Below, one piece after another: positions 54,583-61,566 of a stretch of DNA of 64,000 nt. The position numbers and the translations under genes were made by a program. The first letter of the stretch is position 1; each line of letters begins with the position of its first letter. Source of the DNA: an uncultured Candidatus Saccharibacteria bacterium (lineage in GTDB: Bacteria; Patescibacteriota; Saccharimonadia; Saccharimonadales; UBA7683); contig CAYNKQ010000003.1 of NCBI GenBank assembly GCA_964397855.1, positions 14,839 to 78,838 of the forward strand. The letters run 5' to 3'. The notes beneath the pieces were generated by a model. The model was not told where the DNA came from, made no database searches, and saw nothing but the letters and a program-made list of their open reading frames with translations.

Positions 54583-55443
54583 ATGGAAAACAAATTCTCT
54601 ATAAAACAGTTCAACCAGCGTTTCCCTGATGACGCTGCTTGTCTCGAGGAAATCAAGCAACTCCGCTTTGGTGATGCCATAACTTGCCCCAAGTGTAACA
54701 AAGAGAACAAATTCTATCGGGTAACGGGTCGCTCAGCCTATGCTTGTAGCTTTTGTGGTCATCATATCTACCCTCTAAAAGGTTCGATCTTCGACCACTC
54801 CAGTACAGAACTTCGTCTATGGTTCTACGCCATCTACGTTATGGCTCAAACCCGCGCAGGTATTAGTGCTAAGCAGCTAGAACGCGAACTAGGCGTAACA
54901 TACAAGACTGCCTGGAGAATGTTCAACCAAATTCGCAAGCTTATGAGTGACGATGGAAGTATGCTTAGTGGCGAAGTTGAAGTAGATGAAGTCTATTTTC
55001 ACCCAAACCCCGCTAAACGGACCACAGCCCAAGCCCATAACAGTCAAGTAGTCTTTGGTATGGTAGAGCGAAAAGGCAGAGCGGTCGTAAAGCATGTTAA
55101 GAGCTCTGGTGTAAGGGTATTAACTAAAGAAATACATCACGGCATCGACCCCAAAGCCACTATATATAGCGACACCCATCGTTCCTACAAACATTTAACA
55201 AAGGCTGGCTACCTGCACCTAACCATTAATCACAGTAAGCAAGAGTACGTAAAAGGCGTAAGACATACCCAAAATGTCGAAAATCTTTGGAGTAACATTA
55301 AACGAGGCATTACTGGTGTTTATCGGCACGTTGATCCAAAGTACTTACAAAACTATGTTGATGAGTACGCTTTTCGCTATTCACACCGAGCTACACCAAA
55401 ATACATGTTTGATTTAATACTGAGTAATATAGCGAGGGACTAA
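54583..55443 (+). CDS. IS1595-family (ISXO2-like) DDE transposase
   Basis: N-terminal zinc ribbon CPKC...CSFCGH, then PLKGSIFDHSSTELRLWFYAIYVMAQTRAGISAKQLERELGVTYKTAWRMFNQIRKLM and EVDEVYF, characteristic of this family. Confidence 0.88.
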   Translation: MENKFSIKQFNQRFPDDAACLEEIKQLRFGDAITCPKCNKENKFYRVTGRSAYACSFCGHHIYPLKGSIFDHSSTELRLWFYAIYVMAQTRAGISAKQLERELGVTYKTAWRMFNQIRKLMSDDGSMLSGEVEVDEVYFHPNPAKRTTAQAHNSQVVFGMVERKGRAVVKHVKSSGVRVLTKEIHHGIDPKATIYSDTHRSYKHLTKAGYLHLTINHSKQEYVKGVRHTQNVENLWSNIKRGITGVYRHVDPKYLQNYVDEYAFRYSHRATPKYMFDLILSNIARD

Positions 55444-55596
55444 TTACTTAGATTTCTCAGCGGGCTTACTAGCCCTCTTGGGCTCTACGGCCCGTTTTAG
55501 TATTTTATTAAAGTCAGCTTCAGCACCTTTGCGTCCGCCAGCTTTAACTAAATCCTGTAACGGCTGATCTTTCAGTGGTTTCTTCTTTTTGGGCAT
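55444..55596 (-). CDS. Possible 50-aa Lys-rich small protein
   Basis: Minus-strand ATG at 55596 to TAA at 55444-55446 (MPKKKKPLKDQPLQDLVKAGGRKGAEADFNKILKRAVEPKRASKPAEKSK). Below the track length cutoff and the RBS is weak. Confidence 0.25.
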   Translation of the reverse strand: MPKKKKPLKDQPLQDLVKAGGRKGAEADFNKILKRAVEPKRASKPAEKSK

Positions 55597-55753
55597 AGTT
55601 TTATCTTACCACTTAGACGGTAAAAACCGCCAACTACGCCTTGATATATTGCCCTCATGGGCGAGGGCAATATATCGCTTGTGTCAATCTGTTAAATTTC
55701 GGATATAGTGGTACCTATCTTTATATAACTAGGGAGTAGGAGGGTTTGGCAAA

Positions 55754-56608
55754 ATGAAATTAGCTCAAGTTCATAAAGTAACCTACAAACAAAAAGAAAT
55801 ACTCGACCTTATATATAGCCATAGATTCTTAACCAGAATACAAATACAAGCATTCCTAAAACATAAAGACAAAAAGACGATTAACCTATGGCTTAAAGAC
55901 CTAAGGAGCAAAGACTACCTAAACTGGATCTACAACAAGGATCATTTCGTCGAGAAAACAAAGCCAGCCATCTACTACCTTGGTATTAACGGCATACGGC
56001 ACTTCAGCAACATTGACTTGTACCCAGCTACCGAACTTCGAAAACGTTACCGAGAACATGAACGCAGCCAAACCTTTATTGATCGCAGTTTGCTCTTGGC
56101 AGATTGTTGCCTCGATCTAGCTGACGAACGAAACGGCACCCATTACCTTAAAACCCGCTACTACTATGAAACCGATGCCGACTGTCGTAATGACCGCTAC
56201 TATGGATTTATCAAAGACAGTGAACTCATTAGCCCAGATTTGTGCTTTCACGTTGCACCGGACGAGGAGTACGTCCACCCTGATGAAATAGAGAGTAGCT
56301 TCTTGCTAGAGATCTTTGACGCCAGCCTGCCGCGCTACCGACTGCGCAACCGTCTCAAGGGCTACGTGCAGTACCTGGACGAAGAGCTCGACGACTGGGA
56401 GGCTGGAACTTGCGGTGATCCACCACCAACCATTTTGCTCGTCTGCGCCAACCTAACTGATCTCATATACGCTAAACGGCGAACCAGAGGACTTATCGCT
56501 GACATTTGGGACTACGATGATGAAGACAGGCCACAGATCCAATTCACCACTACCGACAAACTAAAGCAACGTGGAATACTAGCTGCAGAGATATGGGAGC
56601 AGGCCTAA
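55754..56608 (+). CDS. Replication-relaxation family protein (plasmid-type)
   Basis: 284 aa. The N-terminal winged-helix-like LTYKQKEILDLIYSHRFLTRIQIQAFL pattern resembles the replication-relaxation family from memory. Not verified by search. Confidence 0.6.
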   Translation: MKLAQVHKVTYKQKEILDLIYSHRFLTRIQIQAFLKHKDKKTINLWLKDLRSKDYLNWIYNKDHFVEKTKPAIYYLGINGIRHFSNIDLYPATELRKRYREHERSQTFIDRSLLLADCCLDLADERNGTHYLKTRYYYETDADCRNDRYYGFIKDSELISPDLCFHVAPDEEYVHPDEIESSFLLEIFDASLPRYRLRNRLKGYVQYLDEELDDWEAGTCGDPPPTILLVCANLTDLIYAKRRTRGLIADIWDYDDEDRPQIQFTTTDKLKQRGILAAEIWEQA

Positions 56609-56833
56609 AGAGGCTTCAGGCTGCGAACGTAGGTAATAAACCTGTCTATATTTCAATTGCCACGTGCAGATAGCTTTGGTATACTTTATTACATAAGCGT
56701 GTTTCTCGTCTGTGATTACATATTCACAGATTCCTCCACTGAGGCACTACGTGAGAGTACTTTACATAACAAAAGAAAAAAAGCGCCGCACATTATTTGC
56801 GAGCGTGGATAGAAGATATAAAAAGGATAATTA

Positions 56834-58039
56834 ATGCAACAACTTTGTAACCTCGCCAACACCGGCACCAATATCGCCCTTATTATTGCGGCAGCGTTCG
56901 GCATCATAGCCGTGGCTAGCCTCATACTCTACCAACTTAAAACTGGCAAAACTTTCTCTAAAGGCTTCTTTGCGTTACTACTAGTTTTCGGTATTGTAGG
57001 CACATTACTCCTGGCACCAGCTGCTACGCACGCTGGTGGGGCTACAGATTGCCCTGATAGTTCTCAGACTAACGGTGACGGCAGTCAAACCTCTATAACT
57101 TGTCCAACAAACTGGGTAGTGGTACCGGGCAATCCAGCGTACAACACTAGCGACTTCTGTGTTATGAAATACTCCGCAAAAAACGTCGGTGGAACTGTAA
57201 CTGACACCCAGGATATCACTGATGAGGATGACAACGCACTGTTCTCTACAAACGTCTACTCGGGTGGCACCGCCACCTCGCAGGCTAGCGGCATACCATG
57301 GACTAATATTTCTCAAACAGATGCTATTACTGCCGCTGCGGCGGCTGCTCCAGGTGCGCACCTCCTGACTGAGAACGAATGGATGACGTTAGCACACAAT
57401 GTACTCGCTAACCCCGCCAACTGGTGTAATGCTGACGGCTCAGGCTGTGGTAATGCTCCTGGAACATCCGGCAAAGTCTTAGCCTCTGGTCATAACGATG
57501 ACGGTGATGCGTTTAGTAATGACTTTGGTGTCAATGGCCCACTCGATGCATCTACCGACGACTCCCAAGCGTGTTATGGTACGGTTACTCCTGGCGTCAA
57601 CACGCCATGTGGGAGTGAAGCTGGTACGCAAAAGCGGACCCTGGCACTCTCTAACGGTGAGGTACTCTGGGACTTAGTTGGTAATGTTGGGCAGTGGACG
57701 AGTGCAACTGAAACACGCGGTAACTTACCAAGTATTGGCGGCTCAGGTAGTCCATTTGAGTACAACCTCGATACGGGCTTTGGTTTGCCAACACCAGACG
57801 ACTGGGGTACTCTGGCATATATTAATCCGGCCATCCAAAATCCTACTGCTGCTAACTGGGGTGTAGCCCAGGGCCTCGGCATCCTGTACTCGGATTTCGA
57901 CTCTGGGTCTTCGACTCCTGTAGCATTCGCTCGGGGCGGTGCTTGGTTCCTTGGGCCGGTTGCCGGTGCCTTCACGCTGTCTCTCGGTGGTGAGCCGTCT
58001 GACTCCCCTCCGTTTGTTGGCTTCCGCTCTGCCTTGTAA
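56834..58039 (+). CDS. DGR target (variable) protein: membrane/secreted, with a C-terminal FGE-sulfatase / C-type-lectin-fold domain
   Basis: Two N-terminal hydrophobic segments. A C-terminal ...RGGAW...GFRSAL pattern typical of formylglycine-generating-enzyme-like DGR targets. The last 159 nt before the stop form the VR. Confidence 0.88.
   Translation: MQQLCNLANTGTNIALIIAAAFGIIAVASLILYQLKTGKTFSKGFFALLLVFGIVGTLLLAPAATHAGGATDCPDSSQTNGDGSQTSITCPTNWVVVPGNPAYNTSDFCVMKYSAKNVGGTVTDTQDITDEDDNALFSTNVYSGGTATSQASGIPWTNISQTDAITAAAAAAPGAHLLTENEWMTLAHNVLANPANWCNADGSGCGNAPGTSGKVLASGHNDDGDAFSNDFGVNGPLDASTDDSQACYGTVTPGVNTPCGSEAGTQKRTLALSNGEVLWDLVGNVGQWTSATETRGNLPSIGGSGSPFEYNLDTGFGLPTPDDWGTLAYINPAIQNPTAANWGVAQGLGILYSDFDSGSSTPVAFARGGAWFLGPVAGAFTLSLGGEPSDSPPFVGFRSAL
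57878..58036 (+). repeat. DGR variable repeat (VR)
   Basis: 159-nt alignment with 59688-59846. There are 16 mismatches and every one falls where the TR has A. Confidence 0.92.
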
Positions 58040-58170
58040 TGTCGCTTAATACTTTCTACTTGAACACTTAGCGCTTAAATGCTTTCTTCTTTAGCCCGAT
58101 TCCCGCCGTGCGGGACATCGGGGCCTCAGTGCCGTCAGGCACTCGGCTCAAATTTTGTAAAATAGACTAT

Positions 58171-58551
58171 ATGACTACAACATCTTCAGCTAAAACTGCG
58201 CCAGATGAATTGCTTATCTACACCAAGATGGTGGATTTCCTCAGCTGGCTGTTCCCAGTTCTCAATACTTTTCCAAAAAACCAACGCATGGTTATGTGCC
58301 AGCAAATTAGTAGTAGTGCACTGGACTGTCTCCGGCTCATTGTCAGTGCTCGCAACGCTCGTTCACCATCTAAGCGCTCTGGCTTACTGTTTGAGCTGAA
58401 TGTAGAGCTAGAGGTTCTGCGTAAACTACTTTCAGTTGCCCATAGCATCGGTTTCCTCAGCGCTAAACGGACTGAGAATGGCATGAAGCAACTGCTGGAA
58501 CTTGGTAAAATGTGCGGCGGTTGGATTAAACGCTACGATCAGGCGGGGTAA
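58171..58551 (+). CDS. avd: DGR accessory variability determinant (Avd-like four-helix-bundle protein)
   Basis: About 126 aa from the ATG at 58171. Helical and basic, positioned between VR and RT. The track ORF start (58108) lies inside the VR-flanking hairpins and is unlikely. Confidence 0.78.
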   Translation: MTTTSSAKTAPDELLIYTKMVDFLSWLFPVLNTFPKNQRMVMCQQISSSALDCLRLIVSARNARSPSKRSGLLFELNVELEVLRKLLSVAHSIGFLSAKRTENGMKQLLELGKMCGGWIKRYDQAG

Positions 58552-59629
58552 TATCTTTATACTGCTGATAGAGCTTTAGAATCAGTTGATTTGATTGTCG
58601 AGGGCTGGCATGCATGACGTGTGCAACCCATGAATAGAAGACTACTTGCAAGTCTTCTTTTGCAAGGGTACCTTTATGATATTGTCGCAACATCTGTTTC
58701 CAGCGTTTCTTAATATGTTTTACGCTACTACTTCGGACACGAATTTTATGTCGCCATATGACATAACCAACAAACTCCACGCCAAGGTAAGCCGGGAGTA
58801 ACCGAGTTTTACGAGGGTGTACCGTGAGACACAGTTCATCATGCAAAAAAGCAGTAATTTGCCTTTGCCATTCAAGAAGCTGCTGCTTACTATTATGAAC
58901 TAGCATCAGGTCATCCATGTAGCGGATGTAGCGTTTTACTTTGAGGGCACGCTTGATATATGCGTCTATTTCGTGCAGGTAAATGTTGCCGAATATCTGG
59001 CTGGTTAGGTTGCCGATAGGAATGCCTCGAGCACCTCGCGTGTGGTACGGTGCACCAGGATCAAAAAGGTGGTCATGTTCATCACCACTCTGATAGGAAT
59101 CAATAATCGTATCGAGTGTACTCAGAAGCATAGGATCAGAAATCTTCTTTCTTAAAACACGCTTCAGTACCTCATGGTTTATGCTGGCATAGTATTTAGA
59201 GACGTCTACATGGACTATATATAGTGGCTGGTCAGTTTGCCAGCGAATAAAATGCTGCATGCGTTTTTGAGCGGCATGCCCACCCTTTCCCGTGCGGCAG
59301 GCGTAAGAATCATGAATCATGCATGGTTCGTATACATCATTTAGTACCTTGCAAATCGCATGGTGGACGATACGATCACGGAAGTGTGGTGCGTCGATGA
59401 GTCGTTTTTTAGGATCTTCAATTATAAAACGTCGGTGAGGTTTGGGCTGGTAGGTCGTGCTGCGTAACTCTTTTTGGAGTACAAGCAGGTTCTCAATACG
59501 ATTGTAATTAAAAGAGGCCGCATAGGTACGATAGCGTTTACCCTTAGCTGTCCCATAAAAACCTTTTTCTAGTGCCGTAAGTGATGTGAAGTGATCATCT
59601 GGCAAGGTATTTTTCTCTGGTATTTGCAT
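58526..59629 (-). CDS. DGR-type reverse transcriptase
   Basis: 367 aa. RT motifs include YMDD (IRYMDDLMLV) and the DGR-hallmark IGNLTSQ. It lies on the strand opposite to VR, avd and TR, and its 3' end overlaps the avd 3' end by 26 nt. Confidence 0.93.
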   Translation of the reverse strand: MQIPEKNTLPDDHFTSLTALEKGFYGTAKGKRYRTYAASFNYNRIENLLVLQKELRSTTYQPKPHRRFIIEDPKKRLIDAPHFRDRIVHHAICKVLNDVYEPCMIHDSYACRTGKGGHAAQKRMQHFIRWQTDQPLYIVHVDVSKYYASINHEVLKRVLRKKISDPMLLSTLDTIIDSYQSGDEHDHLFDPGAPYHTRGARGIPIGNLTSQIFGNIYLHEIDAYIKRALKVKRYIRYMDDLMLVHNSKQQLLEWQRQITAFLHDELCLTVHPRKTRLLPAYLGVEFVGYVIWRHKIRVRSSSVKHIKKRWKQMLRQYHKGTLAKEDLQVVFYSWVAHVMHASPRQSNQLILKLYQQYKDITPPDRSV

Positions 59630-59687
59630 GTGCAGTATAGAGTATAAGCGTTATACTCTGATATGGTGGGCTAACGGTGCACATAAT

Positions 59688-59846
59688 GGCATCCTGAACT
59701 CGGATTTCGACTCTGGGTCTTCGACTCCTGTAGCATTCAATCGGGGCGGTGCTTGGAACAATGGGCCGAATGCCGGTGCCTTCACGCTGAATCTCGATAA
59801 TGAGCCGTCTGACTCCAATCCGTTTGTTGGCTTCCGCTCTGCCTTG
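59688..59846 (+). repeat. DGR template repeat (TR)
   Basis: Invariant copy of the VR. The variable positions are the adenines of AAC/AAT/GAT codons in the VR reading frame. Confidence 0.92.
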
Positions 59847-60070
59847 GCATACCAGATTACGCGAGATGATAGTTTATGTGTTACGCGTGGCTATCCAGTG
59901 CTCTTGGTATTCGCCTGTTATCCACCAGTCATGCAGCCGTATATTCGGCACATGACAAATATATACAGAGGTATGCGACTGCTTTTACGAGCTTTTGCAT
60001 ACCTCGCATAGATTGATCCCTGAGTTTTTGTTATAGAGTAATCGTCAATTTTTTATTTATACTCACCGAG

Positions 60071-60098
60071 TATTACTTGTAGTCAAGGGATAAGTGCC
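60071..60098 (-). repeat. Right terminal inverted repeat
   Basis: TATTACTTGTAGTCAAGGGATAAGTGCC is the exact reverse complement of 54536-54563. Confidence 0.88.
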
Positions 60099-60109
60099 CG
60101 GTCAAACTA

Positions 60110-60137
60110 TTGACATTTTTACAAATTAATATATAAT
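60110..60137 (+). promoter_or_regulatory. Sigma-70-type promoter of the pentapeptide-repeat gene
   Basis: TTGACA (60110-60115), 16 nt, then TATAAT (60132-60137). Located immediately outside the transposon's right TSD. Confidence 0.5.
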
Positions 60138-60147
60138 AGTTGCCATT

Positions 60148-61503
60148 ATGACCGATAGTGGATCACATACGCACGAGTCAGCAGCTTCTAGCGGCATTGA
60201 CTTGCCCGCTATGGATTTTGCTGCGCCCTTAGAGGGTGTAGCAGAGGACCTGTTCAAGTCCGAGCGCGTTGCGTTCGATTTTGAACGGTTTGAGCAGCGA
60301 CAAGGTGTAGTCTCAGATATTGTCGAAAGGCATGGGGGCAGCAAAGACGCTACCGAGATGGTACGCGCACTGAACGAAAAATTTAAAGAATGGGATGATG
60401 ATTTCGGTATCTCATACTTATATATTTCGGGCGTAGACTTTTCTTCCTCTTCTGAGCCATTAGAATTTCATGGTAAAGCGCAATTTCTGGCATTCTCTGG
60501 TAACGATGCACCAAATTGTGATTTTGAAAATGCTGACTTAACAGGTGCTGTATGGGTTGGTACGTATGCACCTGGCAGTAACTTTAGAGAAGCAACACTG
60601 AGCCATGCCCTCTTCAATTTCTGTGACCTAAGTGGGAGTGATTTTACGCGGGCAACCGCATATGATATTGGACTCAATTTTGCTAGAATCGATGCAATAA
60701 AAAGCAGAGGAGCAACGTTTGCTGGCGCGTACATGATGTTTACTCGTGGCTTGGTTGCCAAGACGCTACTTGAAGGCGGCGACTTTTCGTCAGCTCGAAC
60801 ACACGTAACTGACCTAATTGACGGAACGGGCGTAGCATCGGAAGACTCGGCTGGTATTATGGCGGCACGATTCAATACGGGTAATCAGACTGAAGATGTA
60901 AAACTTCGCCAAATTGTACGACAATTGCGAGCCGCTAAAGTCTTCAACGGTGATGAATACATAGGCCAACTCGTAAGCGGACAGCGCTTACCTGGTAGAC
61001 TGCTCAATAACGTCAACTTGCGCGATGCCCGACTTACGGGTAGCGAATTTGAGGCAGGGGTTTGGAACAAAGTGCATGCACCAGGGGTAGGGCTTAGAAA
61101 TGCAAGAATTGCTGGCTTAACAATTGCAAGTTCAAAACTTGATGATGCCGATACGGAGGGCCTCTGGGCTCCTGCGGTCGCGGTATTTAACACCTCGGTT
61201 AAAAATATCGAGTTTGATAATAATATCGCAGGTGGTTTGTTTGCAAATTGTGACATGACAGGTGTGCAATTTAACGAGCGAGCGAGCCTTGGCGGTGCGC
61301 TTGTTGTGGGTGGTAGACCACCTCGTGGGCTAGACCCTGAGGTTGCATCAATGGTGCGTGTCCTAGAAGTTGGTCAAATGCCACCAAAGGCCATGGAACT
61401 TGTTGCGGGTGCATCTCGGTGGTTCGCTGTTCAGGCTAATCAGAGTGCGGAGCTTAGTAGTGGTGCGTCAGATCTGTCGGGCACAACTAATGAGCTCCAA
61501 TAA
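60148..61503 (+). CDS. Pentapeptide-repeat protein
   Basis: 451 aa with two long runs of A(D/N)LXX-type pentapeptides (ADLTG AVWVG TYAPG SNFRE ATLSH ALFNF CDLSG SDFTR ...). Confidence 0.8.
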   Translation: MTDSGSHTHESAASSGIDLPAMDFAAPLEGVAEDLFKSERVAFDFERFEQRQGVVSDIVERHGGSKDATEMVRALNEKFKEWDDDFGISYLYISGVDFSSSSEPLEFHGKAQFLAFSGNDAPNCDFENADLTGAVWVGTYAPGSNFREATLSHALFNFCDLSGSDFTRATAYDIGLNFARIDAIKSRGATFAGAYMMFTRGLVAKTLLEGGDFSSARTHVTDLIDGTGVASEDSAGIMAARFNTGNQTEDVKLRQIVRQLRAAKVFNGDEYIGQLVSGQRLPGRLLNNVNLRDARLTGSEFEAGVWNKVHAPGVGLRNARIAGLTIASSKLDDADTEGLWAPAVAVFNTSVKNIEFDNNIAGGLFANCDMTGVQFNERASLGGALVVGGRPPRGLDPEVASMVRVLEVGQMPPKAMELVAGASRWFAVQANQSAELSSGASDLSGTTNELQ

Positions 61504-61527
61504 CTGAGACGTCGTGGAGCTATATAT

Positions 61528-61556
61528 TTGACTAAATAACTTTGAAATTGTATAAT
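61528..61556 (+). promoter_or_regulatory. Sigma-70-type promoter
   Basis: TTGACT (61528-61533), 17 nt, then TATAAT (61551-61556). Confidence 0.45.
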
Positions 61557-61566
61557 ACAATCAATT

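Larger units (their letters stand above)
54536..60098 (+). mobile_element. IS1595-family transposon carrying a replication-relaxation gene and a complete DGR
   Basis: Perfect 28-bp terminal inverted repeats at 54536-54563 and 60071-60098, flanked by an identical 8-bp CGGTCAAA at 54528-54535 and 60099-60106. Confidence 0.8.

Noticed and set aside
55441-55470. Possible internal right end of a simple ~1-kb IS (ATTACTT shared with the TIR tip) just after the transposase stop
   Set aside because: Similarity to the 28-bp TIR is limited to ~8 nt and then diverges completely. The full-length perfect partner is at 60071-60098.
57220-57260. A second CUGAUGAG hammerhead core inside the DGR target gene
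   Set aside because: There is no matching GAAA plus helices I-III around it. It is a chance heptamer in coding sequence. A CUGAGGG at ~49493 also fails the core consensus.
59628-60011. 127-aa plus-strand ORF covering the TR
   Set aside because: It exists only because the TR copies the VR reading frame, hence its Asn-rich 'GAWNNGPNAG' sequence. It has no plausible start context and its start overlaps the RT start codon (59627-59629). It was treated as the non-coding template repeat.
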